This document shows, piece by piece, positions 1 through 9,387 of a stretch of DNA of 64,000 nt. Numbering within the stretch: position 1 is the first letter of the stretch; each line of letters opens with the position of its first letter. The DNA is from Silvibacterium sp. (GTDB lineage: Bacteria; Acidobacteriota; Terriglobia; Terriglobales; Acidobacteriaceae): contig DASUHR010000001.1 of NCBI GenBank assembly GCA_036273415.1, positions 167,496 to 231,495 of the forward strand, in the 5' to 3' direction. The position numbers and the translations under genes are program-made. Below the pieces are notes generated by a model. That model saw only the letters and a program-made list of their open reading frames with translations, made no database searches and had not been told where the DNA came from.

Positions 1-476
1 TGCTGGCAGCAGCCTCAAACGCGATCATCATCGGCTTCAACGTGCGGCCCGAGCGCAAGACCGCCGAGCTTGCCGACCAGGAAGGCGTGGAGATTCGCCT
101 GCACTCGATCATTTACGAGCTGCAGGACGAAATTCGCAAGGCCATGCTCGGTCTGCTGGAGCCGATCTTCAAGGAGAACTACCTCGGACGCGCCGAAGTG
201 CTCAACGTCTTCAAAATTCCGAAGGTGGGTACCATCGCCGGATGCCGCGTTACCGACGGCGTGCTGAAACGCGATGCAGAAATACGGCTCAACCGCGGCG
301 GCGAGCAGGTCTTCAAAGGCAAGCTCACCTCGCTCAAGCGCTTCAAGGACGACGCCCGCGAAGTCACCAATGGCATGGAGTGCGGCGTCGGCCTCAGCTT
401 CGGTGACATCCAGGTAGGCGACACGGTGGAAGCCTTCGTCACGGAAAAGGTCGCGGCGGAATTAACGACCAGCTAG
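1..476 (+). CDS. infB: Translation initiation factor IF-2, C-terminal part (5' end lies outside the window)
   Basis: The frame is open from the window edge. The sequence ...GFNVRPERKTAELADQEGVEIRLHSIIYELQDEIRKAMLGLLEP...VGTIAGCRVTDG...ECGVGL... is the conserved IF-2 C-terminal region. DUF503 and rbfA follow downstream, as in infB operons. Confidence 0.9.
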   Translation, partial: LAAASNAIIIGFNVRPERKTAELADQEGVEIRLHSIIYELQDEIRKAMLGLLEPIFKENYLGRAEVLNVFKIPKVGTIAGCRVTDGVLKRDAEIRLNRGGEQVFKGKLTSLKRFKDDAREVTNGMECGVGLSFGDIQVGDTVEAFVTEKVAAELTTS

Positions 477-589
477 CTGCTCAGCATTCAGCGAAGAAGT
501 GGCCGGCAGATTTGCTGGGCGCTTTTGCTGGTCCGTGGGCCGAGTGAAAACTTCTGCGAGCTTCACCACAAAAAGGTGACATTTCTCAC

Positions 590-1456
590 TTGTCAGCCCC
601 GCCCCGCGCGGCCATGCTGGAGTGCATGGAACCTGCGCTCGCTGCCGCCGGACCGCAGATCGTAGAAAAACAAGCCGCCGCCCTCGACGACTCTGCCACA
701 CTCTGCGCCATCAGCGTTCTCGCGTGCATGCTCTCCACCATGCTGCATGAGGGGCTCGGCCACGCCGCCGTCGCCATAACCACCCTTAATGCGTCGGGCA
801 CGCTCACTTCTCTCGCTTGGTCCAGCACCCAGGACAGCCGCCTGGTTGCCGCGGCTGGAACGCTCGTCAATCTTGCCTCTGCGCTCGTCTTCTGGCTCTT
901 GTTGCGGGCCGCACGCAATGCGAATCCCGCGCTTCGCTTTTTCTTTCTCATCACAATGAGCTTCAACCTGCTCACGGGAACGGGTTACTTTTTCTACTCT
1001 GGAGTCTCCAATTTCGGAGACTGGGCTCAGGTTATCGACGGTCTTCAGCCGCACTGGCTCTGGCGCACGGGACTGATCGTCCTCGGTGTTATCACATATT
1101 ACTTAGCCATCCGGATCATCGGCGGCAGCATTGTCCGATACATGGGCGTACCCCTTAGCAATGCGCGCCGCTTCCGCCGTCTCACATGGCTCCCTTACTT
1201 CTCGGCGATCGTCATCGACGGAGTTGCCGCCCTGTTCAATCCCTTCGGCATGCGCTACGTCTTTCTTTCTGCGCTTGCTGCAACTGCAGGAGGCCATAGT
1301 GGCCTGCTATGGCTCCGTTACTACATTCCTCGAAGCATTCAACCCGGCGGTGATGGCCTGCCGGTTCTGCGAAGTTATGCATGGATTATCGTCGCGGTGA
1401 TCTGTGCCGCCGTCTTCATCGGCGTCTTCGGACCGGGAGTTCACCTCGCCGGTTAA
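590..1456 (+). CDS. Polytopic membrane protein with an HExxH motif; M50B-like metallopeptidase candidate
   Basis: The motif MLHEGLGHAAV sits in the first hydrophobic segment, and about 7 hydrophobic segments follow. The start is uncertain: TTG 590, ATG 614 or ATG 626. Confidence 0.55.
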   Translation: MSAPPRAAMLECMEPALAAAGPQIVEKQAAALDDSATLCAISVLACMLSTMLHEGLGHAAVAITTLNASGTLTSLAWSSTQDSRLVAAAGTLVNLASALVFWLLLRAARNANPALRFFFLITMSFNLLTGTGYFFYSGVSNFGDWAQVIDGLQPHWLWRTGLIVLGVITYYLAIRIIGGSIVRYMGVPLSNARRFRRLTWLPYFSAIVIDGVAALFNPFGMRYVFLSALAATAGGHSGLLWLRYYIPRSIQPGGDGLPVLRSYAWIIVAVICAAVFIGVFGPGVHLAG

Positions 1457-1488
1457 TTGCGCGCGCAATCGCAATTACTATAAAGTCC

Positions 1489-1788
1489 ATGCCCATCGCC
1501 TCCATGACCATTGAGCTGCGCATCGAACACGCGCACTCGCTCAAGGACCGGCGGCAGGTGGTCCGCAGCCTCAAAGAAAAACTTGCGCACGGCTTCAACA
1601 TCTCCATAGCAGAAATGGACGAGGCCGTGACCTGGCAGTCGGCCACCGTCGGAGTGGTCGCGATCTCCGCGTCCAGGGATTATCTCTCCGGGCAGATGCA
1701 GCAGGTTGAGAACGCCGCCAACCGAATCGTCAATGATCTCGGCGCGCAGATCGGGGATGTGTGGTGGCAGTTCGTGGAAGAAAGCTGA
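1489..1788 (+). CDS. DUF503 (YlxP-like) protein
   Basis: MPIASMTIELRIEHAHSLKDRRQVVRSLKEKL...ATVGVVAISASRDY... is a typical DUF503 sequence. Its position between infB and rbfA is also typical. I chose the ATG at 1489 rather than the longer ORF-track start at 1381. Confidence 0.8.
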   Translation: MPIASMTIELRIEHAHSLKDRRQVVRSLKEKLAHGFNISIAEMDEAVTWQSATVGVVAISASRDYLSGQMQQVENAANRIVNDLGAQIGDVWWQFVEES

Positions 1789-1913
1789 TCTCCGCCTGTC
1801 CAAATCCGGACAGCGATTTGCGATTTCGGACATATACGATCGTCTGAGGCAGCCAGGATCGCATCCAGCTAGGCACAAATAAACAAGTTAGGAGCGCTTA
1901 GCCGCCTGCCGTT

Positions 1914-1929
1914 TGGCACTTCTTGTGCA
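1914..1929 (+). promoter_or_regulatory. Sigma54 (-24/-12) type promoter motif upstream of ADOP permease 1
   Basis: TGGCAC-ttctt-GTGCA differs from the consensus TGGCAC-N5-TTGCA at one position, with correct GG/GC spacing. It is intergenic and correctly oriented, and it ends 24 nt before ATG 1953. GGAGA at 1943-1947 is a plausible RBS. Confidence 0.4.
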
Positions 1930-1952
1930 AGAGTAACTTATCGGAGATACAC

Positions 1953-4472
1953 ATGGGAGCCTTGTTTCAGAACATCCGATATGCGCTGCGGCAGTTGCGC
2001 AAGTCGCCGGGATTCACCTTTACCGTGGTGCTCACGCTCGCCCTCGGCATTGGCGCAAATACAGCAGTGTTCACTCTGTTCGATCAGGTATTGCTACGCA
2101 TGCTGCCGGTGGAGCGTCCGCAACAGCTCGTGCGATTCCGTTGGACTGGAACATATAGCGGCTCCGCCAGCAGCTTTGGTGGAGACTTGTACAACTATTT
2201 CTCATACCCCATGTACAAGGACTTGCTCGACAGAAACCAGGTTTTCTCCGGGATTTTGGCGGCGGACCAGGCCAATGTGGGCCTGAGTTGGCGCAACCAG
2301 GCCGAAGACGAGGACGCGGAGATCGTCAGCGGAAACTATTTCCAGGTGCTGGGATTGAAACCGGCGCTGGGCAGGCTGCTCACTCCGCAGGATGATACAC
2401 AGAAGAATGGAAATCCGGTGCTCGTGCTTGGATACGATTACTGGAGGTCGCACTTTGCGGGAATCCGCGATGTGGTAGGTCAGACAGTGCTCATTAACGG
2501 GCATCCGTTCACGGTCCTCGGAGTGGCGCCGCAGAATTTCCAATCCGCAATCGGCGGATACAAACCCGGCGTGTTTCTGCCCATCAGCATGTCCGACATT
2601 GCGATGCCTTCCATGACACCTCGCAATAATCTGTCGAATCACCAATCGCTGTGGCTTACGCTGGTGGCGCGACTCAAACCAGGCGTAGGCCCGGTTCAGG
2701 CGCAGGCTTCGCTGGCGCCGCTATGGCACGCCTTGCGCGCGCAGGAGCTTACGCTCTACAAAACCCGAACGGCGCGGTTCGCAAAGCATTTTCTCGACGA
2801 CTCGCAACTTCAGGTAAAGGACGACTCGCGGGGATTTTCGCCAAACAGATCTGATCTGGAGACGCCGCTGATTATTCTGATGAGCATGGCCGGCCTGCTC
2901 GTGGCAATGTGCGCGATTAACGTGGCCACTCTGTTGCTGCTGCGCGCCGCCGCGCGCGCGCGTGAAATGTCGATGCGCTATGCGCTGGGCGCGAACCGCT
3001 CGCGGATTGTCTCGCAGTTGCTGGTAGAAGGCGGACTGATCGGTCTCGCCGGAGCGCTGGCCGGCATTGCGCTCGCGCCTGCGGTAGCCAATTCGCTGGT
3101 CCACCTGATGGTCCATGCTAACCCCGGCAGCGAGCCCTACTCTGCCACAGTTGACGCGCGCATGCTGCTTTTCACGCTAGCCATTGCCCTGGTGGCAAGC
3201 CTGCTGTTCAGCATTGCGCCGGTGATTCACTTCATGCGTCCCAACCTGGCGGAAACGCTGCGCCAAAACTCCGGCACCGCCTCGAAAGGATCGCAACGTT
3301 TCCGCAAGATCGCCGTGGGCGCGCAGATCGCACTCAGCGTGGTGCTGATGGGAGGCGCGGGATTGTTCGTGCGAACGCTGGATAATCTTCGCAATCAACC
3401 CGTAGGATTTCAGACCGCGAACCTTGCTATCTTTGGGCTCGATCCCACCAACTCCGGTTACGATGAAACTCGCACGCCGCAGGTGATTGTGAGCGCGCTC
3501 GATTCCCTCCGCCGCATTCCCGGAGTCTTCTCCGTCTCTGCAACATCTGACCCTGAACTCCAGGGTGATTCAAACTCCGATGGATTTGAAATCCAGGGAT
3601 ATAAACCGGCGGAGGACGAGAAGATGAATTTCGAAGCGCCGTGGATCATGCCCGGCTATTTCGCAACATTGCGCCAGCCCCTGCTGACCGGCCGCGAGTT
3701 CACCGCGGCTGACGGCAAAGGACAGCCCAAAGTCGCGATCGTAAATCTGGCGGCGGCAAAACGATTTTTTGGATCGCCCCAGAATGCCATTGGCCATCTG
3801 ATTGGAGAGAGTGGCCTGAATGCGCGTCCTGATACCCGCATCATCGGCGTGGTCGGCAACGTAAAACACTTCGATCTGCGCACCGAGGTCGGCCCGGCGG
3901 TCTACCGGCCTTACCTGCAGAACCCGCATCCAGGCGGAGTGGAAGTTTACGTTTTAACCGCGCAGAACCCTGCAATGGCGGAGGCAGCCATTCGGAAGAC
4001 TGTGGACGACATGGATCCCACGCTCGTCGTGGATCAATTAATGACAATGCGCGATCAAATCAACCAGGTTGCCGCCGACGAAAGCGCGCTTGCCATTCTG
4101 GCCACGGGATTTTCCGCGCTGGCAATGGTGCTGGCAGGCGTTGGACTGTACGGCGTTCTCGCCTACTCGACCGAGCAGCGCACGCGAGAGATCGGCGTGC
4201 GGCTTGCGCTGGGTGCGCACCGGAGCGGTGTGGTTCTGGTTGTGGTGCGGGAGATGGTCATCATCGCCGCCATTGCCGTCGCGCTCGCGCTGCCTTCGCT
4301 GGTCGCAGTGGCGCGCCTGTTCAAAAGCCAACTCTATGGAGTAAGCACCTTCGATCCCGTGGCCTTGGCTGTAGCTCTGATCGTGACCGCAGGAATGGTG
4401 GTCCTTGCGGCGGCGCTCCCGGCGCGAAGGGCCGCCGCGGTCGAGCCCATGCAGGCGCTCCGCATCGAATAG
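1953..4472 (+). CDS. ADOP-type duplicated MacB-like permease (two periplasmic-domain plus FtsX halves, no ATPase domain)
   Basis: The N-terminus FQNIRYALRQLRKSPGFTFTVVLTLALGIGANTAVF is characteristic. There are two FtsX-type signatures: REMSMRYALGA mid-protein and REIGVRLALGA near the C-terminus. No Walker motifs are present. Confidence 0.9.
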   Translation: MGALFQNIRYALRQLRKSPGFTFTVVLTLALGIGANTAVFTLFDQVLLRMLPVERPQQLVRFRWTGTYSGSASSFGGDLYNYFSYPMYKDLLDRNQVFSGILAADQANVGLSWRNQAEDEDAEIVSGNYFQVLGLKPALGRLLTPQDDTQKNGNPVLVLGYDYWRSHFAGIRDVVGQTVLINGHPFTVLGVAPQNFQSAIGGYKPGVFLPISMSDIAMPSMTPRNNLSNHQSLWLTLVARLKPGVGPVQAQASLAPLWHALRAQELTLYKTRTARFAKHFLDDSQLQVKDDSRGFSPNRSDLETPLIILMSMAGLLVAMCAINVATLLLLRAAARAREMSMRYALGANRSRIVSQLLVEGGLIGLAGALAGIALAPAVANSLVHLMVHANPGSEPYSATVDARMLLFTLAIALVASLLFSIAPVIHFMRPNLAETLRQNSGTASKGSQRFRKIAVGAQIALSVVLMGGAGLFVRTLDNLRNQPVGFQTANLAIFGLDPTNSGYDETRTPQVIVSALDSLRRIPGVFSVSATSDPELQGDSNSDGFEIQGYKPAEDEKMNFEAPWIMPGYFATLRQPLLTGREFTAADGKGQPKVAIVNLAAAKRFFGSPQNAIGHLIGESGLNARPDTRIIGVVGNVKHFDLRTEVGPAVYRPYLQNPHPGGVEVYVLTAQNPAMAEAAIRKTVDDMDPTLVVDQLMTMRDQINQVAADESALAILATGFSALAMVLAGVGLYGVLAYSTEQRTREIGVRLALGAHRSGVVLVVVREMVIIAAIAVALALPSLVAVARLFKSQLYGVSTFDPVALAVALIVTAGMVVLAAALPARRAAAVEPMQALRIE

Positions 4473-4652
4473 GCCGCGCCTCAGCTCTTAAGCTGTCTTC
4501 CACCCATGCGCGTCTAAAGCCGTGTGGCACAAACTGCTCTGCACCACCGTAACTTTTCAGCATCGCGCATTGCGCAGCCGACGCGTATTCCCCATCGCAA
4601 CCTGCCCGCAATTTTGATATCCTCAACGGTTTACTTCCGAAGGAATCATTCG

Positions 4653-5030
4653 ATGCCGGAGCCCAGGGCACGTCAATATCACCGAGATCGCGTTGCCGGA
4701 ACGCTGCGCGATGAAATCAGCACCATGATCGAGGGCGAGCTGTCTGACCCGCGCATTAGCTTCGCCTATGTGACGCAGGTCGTACTTAATCCCGGTGGAA
4801 AATCTGCGTCGATCTACGTCGCCGTTGAAGGCGCGGAGCAGCAGGAGGCGGACACGCTCGAAGGCCTGATGGCCGCGCGCGGCTACATCCGTCACGAGCT
4901 GCTGGAGCGGATGGGCGTGCGCCACGTCCCTGAACTGACGTTCCACATCGATCGATCGGAAAAGATGAAGGCCCGCATTGACGATCTGCTGGGCCGACAA
5001 CGCAAGCGTCGGAAAGAAGCTCCCCTGTAA
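4653..5030 (+). CDS. rbfA: Ribosome-binding factor A
   Basis: RDRVAGTLRDEISTMIEGELSDPRI...VTQVVLNPGGKSASIYV...GYIRHELLERMGVRHVPELTFHID is a typical RbfA sequence. ATG 4653 was chosen over the longer ORF-track start. Confidence 0.9.
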   Translation: MPEPRARQYHRDRVAGTLRDEISTMIEGELSDPRISFAYVTQVVLNPGGKSASIYVAVEGAEQQEADTLEGLMAARGYIRHELLERMGVRHVPELTFHIDRSEKMKARIDDLLGRQRKRRKEAPL

Positions 5031-5044
5031 CCGGGGGCGACTCT

Positions 5045-6028
5045 ATGCATAAGCCGAACGATATCCGCGCGGTATTGAATGCCATCGAAAATGGCAGCCG
5101 GTTCCTCGTTGCAGCACACGCGCGTCCCGACGGCGACGCCATCGGCTCTATCCTCGCTTGCGGCATGATACTTCAGCAATTGGGCAAGCACGTCGACATG
5201 GTCTCGCGCGACCGCGTGCCCCTCATCTATCGCAGCCTTCCCTGCGCCGAGTCGATCCGGGTGATGGAGAAAGTCGGCGGAGATTACGACTCCGTGATTC
5301 TGCTGGAGTGTGACGGCATTGAGAGAACCGGGCTCGGCGGACTCGAAGGCCGGTCCACCATCAACATCGATCATCACTTCAGCGGCAAAACATTTGCCCA
5401 CGTCAACTGGATCGACAATGACGCCTGCGCCGTTGCTGCCATGGTGTACGAGCTGGCTATGCTTGCCGGTGTCCGCATCACGCCGCAGATGGCCACCTGC
5501 CTTTACACCGCCGTCCTCACCGACACAGGGTCATTTTGCTACTCCGGCACCGACGCCCACACGTTTGAGATTGCCGCCGATCTCGTGCGCCATGGAGCGG
5601 ACCCGTCCATCATCGCGCAGCACACCTACTTCTCCAACCCCACGTCCAAAATGCGCCTGCTTGGCGCCGCGCTCTCCAATCTGCATCGTGAGGGACGGGT
5701 GGCCTGGATGTGGATCACGCATGACGACATGCTGCGCGCGTCGGCCGCCGAAGAGGACTGCGAGGGCCTGGTGAACTACGTCATTGGCATCTCCGGCGTC
5801 GATGTCGCCGTTTTTCTGCGCGAGTTGAGCACTCATCGCGTGCGGCTCTCTCTCCGCAGCAAAGGTAAGATCAACGTGGCCAGCATCGCCGAGCGCCTTG
5901 GCGGAGGAGGCCACAGCCACGCCAGCGGCTGCACCATCGACGGGCCGCTGCCGGCCGCGGCTGAAGGAATTCTGGAGCGGCTGCGCGAGTCCATTCGCAC
6001 GCCGGCTCAGGAGAAGGTGGTTCGCTAA
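5045..6028 (+). CDS. nrnA: DHH/DHHA1 phosphoesterase (NrnA-like oligoribonuclease/pAp phosphatase)
   Basis: It carries HARPDGDAIGS, NIDHH and a C-terminal GGGGHSHASG (the DHHA1 GGGH motif), and lies directly after rbfA. Confidence 0.8.
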   Translation: MHKPNDIRAVLNAIENGSRFLVAAHARPDGDAIGSILACGMILQQLGKHVDMVSRDRVPLIYRSLPCAESIRVMEKVGGDYDSVILLECDGIERTGLGGLEGRSTINIDHHFSGKTFAHVNWIDNDACAVAAMVYELAMLAGVRITPQMATCLYTAVLTDTGSFCYSGTDAHTFEIAADLVRHGADPSIIAQHTYFSNPTSKMRLLGAALSNLHREGRVAWMWITHDDMLRASAAEEDCEGLVNYVIGISGVDVAVFLRELSTHRVRLSLRSKGKINVASIAERLGGGGHSHASGCTIDGPLPAAAEGILERLRESIRTPAQEKVVR

Positions 6029-6088
6029 AGGCCACCTGCTTCATCGCCCCTCCCCTTCTTTGCAACCCGTAGTATTCTGGTCGCAATT

Positions 6089-7186
6089 ATGAAGCAGCCC
6101 GAAGAGCCCTCCTCCACGTTGAATCGAGACCGCCGCGACTTTCTTAAGATCGGCGCTGCATCGCTCGCTCTTGGCCTCACCCAGGCCACAATGCCGGATA
6201 CAGCCCACGCCGACCAGCAATTGACGCCGGCCGAAACCACTCCGCAGAATGCCCGCGCCATTCAGGACATGATGCCGGCCCGCAATCTCGGCAAGACCGG
6301 CTTTCGCACCGGCATCTTCGGCCTTGGTGGACAGGGAGCGCTCGAAAAAGTCAACAACGAAGCGGTCGCCGAACCAATCATCCACAGAGCCCTTGAGTTG
6401 GGTGTCAATTACTTTGACACATCTGCCATCTACGGTGGCCCTGACCGCTGGAGCGAACGCTACCTCGGCAAAGGACTCGCAGGTCATCGTGATCAGGTCT
6501 TTATCGCCAGCAAGAGCAAGGAGCGTACCCGCGACGCGGCCCTCGCGAACCTCGAAGTATCGCTCAAGCTGCTCAACACCGATCATCTCGACAGCTGGCA
6601 ACTCCACGATGTCGGCATTCAGGAAGATGTGGATCAGATCTTCGGTAAGGGCGGAGCTATCGAGGCTTTCACCCAGGCTCGCGACCAGAAGATGGTGCGC
6701 CACCTCGGCGTCACCGGACGCTTCCGCCCCGAGGCGCTGATCGAGTGCATTAACCGCTTCCCATTTGACACGGTTCTGATGGCCGTCAACGCCGCTGACA
6801 AATACTACTATCCGTTCGAGCCGAAGCTGCTTCCGCTCGCGGTCGAGAAGCAGATGGGCATCATCGCCATGAAGGTGATGGCGCGCGGACGCATTCTCTC
6901 CAGTTGGACACCGCCTTCGGTCGAAGCGCAGAAGCACTCATGGGAAGGCACAGGAGCCATCGCGACCACACCCGGCACACTGAGCAAGCGAGAGACATTC
7001 TTCTACAATTTATCGCTGCCCGTCAGCAACGCCATCATCGGCTGCGACAGCGTGGAGCAGGTGGAGGAGTGCGTGCAGCTTGCGCGCGAGTTCACTCCGC
7101 TCAGTGAAAAACAAATGACTGAGCTGGAGGCAAAGACCGAGCCAATCGCAAAGCAGGCACTGTTCTTCCGCCTCATGCCGAGGTGA
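6089..7186 (+). CDS. Aldo/keto reductase with a twin-arginine (Tat) signal peptide
   Basis: The N-terminus has DRRDFLKIGAASLALGL...AHA. The body is AKR-like (LGVNYFDTSAIYGG..SE..LG, DSWQLHD). Confidence 0.8.
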   Translation: MKQPEEPSSTLNRDRRDFLKIGAASLALGLTQATMPDTAHADQQLTPAETTPQNARAIQDMMPARNLGKTGFRTGIFGLGGQGALEKVNNEAVAEPIIHRALELGVNYFDTSAIYGGPDRWSERYLGKGLAGHRDQVFIASKSKERTRDAALANLEVSLKLLNTDHLDSWQLHDVGIQEDVDQIFGKGGAIEAFTQARDQKMVRHLGVTGRFRPEALIECINRFPFDTVLMAVNAADKYYYPFEPKLLPLAVEKQMGIIAMKVMARGRILSSWTPPSVEAQKHSWEGTGAIATTPGTLSKRETFFYNLSLPVSNAIIGCDSVEQVEECVQLAREFTPLSEKQMTELEAKTEPIAKQALFFRLMPR

Positions 7187-7230
7187 ATCGCATTTCGCAA
7201 TCATCCGCCGCGCCGGCTAGGAACTAGAAC

Positions 7231-7467
7231 ATGGATAATCATACTTTTGGCGTTATATCATTTAGCGTGTTCGTAGGCGCCGCTGGTGCTCTTTTAGCGT
7301 TCAAGCCTAGCGCAATATCGCGAATGACGAACGCCTACTACGCGTTGATTCGAATGAAGTCTCGGCTCGCAGAGGACGACTACGACAAAATCGGAGTTCG
7401 TATAGCTGGAGGTTTAATCTTCCTACTTGCTATCTACGTGCTAATCACGCGCGGGCTCTTTCGATGA
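7231..7467 (+). CDS. Small two-TM hypothetical protein (78 aa)
   Basis: An ORF with two hydrophobic segments. Its third codon positions are visibly A/T-rich compared with the neighbouring genes. I recognised no family. Confidence 0.35.
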   Translation: MDNHTFGVISFSVFVGAAGALLAFKPSAISRMTNAYYALIRMKSRLAEDDYDKIGVRIAGGLIFLLAIYVLITRGLFR

Positions 7468-7535
7468 GTTAGCCTCAGCGGCGCGCTCCTCAGCCGCTTC
7501 AATCTGATAGCCTTAAGCCGAATTACTATCAACAC

Positions 7536-9314
7536 GTGAGCATCCCTTCCAGAATCAGAGCGCTGCGGTATGACCCCACAACCCTGACGACGCGCTTCCC
7601 CGCCCTCGGGACAGCGCTCGAAGCCGCGACTCTCTTCATCCTGACAGCATTCTTTCTCTTCTACGGACTCGTACCCATTTTTGGCGGCGACGGACTGGGA
7701 CTAGTGGGCGCCGACGAGCCGCGCTACGCGGAAGTCGCGCGAGAAATGTTCAAGAAGCTGATTCAGGCACATTCGCTGCGTGGACAGTTAATCGCCGGCG
7801 TAACCCCCTACCTGTGGGGCAGGCCATGGCTCGAAAAACCCGCTCTCTACTACTGGCGCGCTATGTTCTCCTTCCGCGAGTTCGGCGTTCACGACTGGTC
7901 CGCGCGCCTGCCCTCCGCCAGCTTCGCCTTCGTTCTCGTCACGCTGATTTATCTGCACATTCGTCGATTTCGCCGCGGAGGCCAACTTGACGCCGCGCTC
8001 ATAACCGCCTCTTGCGCCGGCATTATCGGCTTCGCCCGCGGAGCGTCGACTGACATGCAAATGGCCGCCCCCTTTTGCATCGGCATGCTCGGCTGGTACG
8101 CCTGGTATGAGACGGACAGCAAGTTCTGGCTCTTCGACCTGTATTTCTTCGTCGGGGCGGCCACGCTCGCCAAGGGTCCGGTCGCGCCGTTTATGGCTTT
8201 GGTGATCCTCTTCACCTTCGCCGCGCTGCGACGAGAGTGGTCGATCCTGCGACGAACCATCTGGTGGCCGGGGATTTTTCTCTATCTCGCCATGGTGCTG
8301 CCCTGGTTCATCGCCGTGCAGCGGCGGAATCCGAATTTCTTGCGGGTTTTCTTCCTCCAACACAACCTCGAACGCTTTGCCACCGACCGCTTCCACCACG
8401 AGCACGATTTCTGGTACTACCTGCCCATTGCGCTGCTTGCGCTAACGCCGTGGGCGGTGATCGCGGTCGCCGCATTTATTGACGCAGTGCGCCAGTCCCT
8501 CGCCGAGTGGCGCGCCCGCCGCGCAAAGTTCCACTACATGGGGACATTCCGCGCCGGGGACGCCTTTCCCGAGTTTCTGGTTCTGTGGGCGCTCTTTCCC
8601 ATCATTTTCTTTTCGTTTTCGCAGTCCAAACTGCCCGGCTATATCCTTCCATCCATTCCTCCGCTCACCATCCTCACCGGCGATTACCTCAACCGCCAGC
8701 GCGAGCGCGGCCTCAAGCCCTGGCTGCTGATTCTGCATGCAGTGCTCACCGGCATTCTCATCATGTTTGTAGTGCTGTTGCCTTTGCATTTGCAGAATCC
8801 TGAGGCTATTCCGCCCACGGTGGCCATTGTTGCCGGAAGCATGACCGCCTTTGCCGCCGCAATTTTCATCCTCATCACCGTCTACCGCTTCGGGCTCAAG
8901 CGCCTCCGCATCGCCACCATGACTCCGATGATCATCATGCTTTTCTTCCTCTTTGGCGTTGGTCCGTTTTTTGGATTGCCCGCGATCGCCGGAACGAAGC
9001 GCAATATTCTGCTGATGGATCTGACCTACTCCGCGCGTCCTCTGTCCCGGATCCTGAGCCAGATCGCCGCCCCCGGCGAGCCGGTCGCGGTTTACGACGT
9101 CCGCCGCGACGCCGAATACGGCCTCTCTTTCTATCGCGACCAGCGCGTGCAGGACTATGAAAGAGACGGCGTACCGGCTCAGCGGCACATTCTCATTGCG
9201 CGTGAGTCTTCCGCCGGTAAACTGAGTCAAATACTGAAAGGCAGGACATACGAGCCGCTCTTCAAGTATCCTGCTCAGAATCTGGTTGTCTATTCCGTCT
9301 CTGCGCTTCCATAG
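7536..9314 (+). CDS. GT-C fold membrane glycosyltransferase (ArnT / PMT_2, family 39-like)
   Basis: It has 12 or more hydrophobic segments and the motif GADEPRYAEVAREM in the first loop, which is typical of ArnT-like transferases. It begins with GTG. Confidence 0.75.
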   Translation: MSIPSRIRALRYDPTTLTTRFPALGTALEAATLFILTAFFLFYGLVPIFGGDGLGLVGADEPRYAEVAREMFKKLIQAHSLRGQLIAGVTPYLWGRPWLEKPALYYWRAMFSFREFGVHDWSARLPSASFAFVLVTLIYLHIRRFRRGGQLDAALITASCAGIIGFARGASTDMQMAAPFCIGMLGWYAWYETDSKFWLFDLYFFVGAATLAKGPVAPFMALVILFTFAALRREWSILRRTIWWPGIFLYLAMVLPWFIAVQRRNPNFLRVFFLQHNLERFATDRFHHEHDFWYYLPIALLALTPWAVIAVAAFIDAVRQSLAEWRARRAKFHYMGTFRAGDAFPEFLVLWALFPIIFFSFSQSKLPGYILPSIPPLTILTGDYLNRQRERGLKPWLLILHAVLTGILIMFVVLLPLHLQNPEAIPPTVAIVAGSMTAFAAAIFILITVYRFGLKRLRIATMTPMIIMLFFLFGVGPFFGLPAIAGTKRNILLMDLTYSARPLSRILSQIAAPGEPVAVYDVRRDAEYGLSFYRDQRVQDYERDGVPAQRHILIARESSAGKLSQILKGRTYEPLFKYPAQNLVVYSVSALP

Positions 9315-9387
9315 CGAATCAGACGACAGAATGCAATCTGGCTAGCCGGGTTCTCTTAAAGATGTAGACTGCACGGGGAAAGCAGCC

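Noticed and set aside
4525-4543. TGGCAC hexamer upstream of rbfA as a fourth sigma54 promoter.
   Set aside because: The nearest downstream TGCA element is 8 nt away instead of 5, so the GG/GC spacing is wrong.
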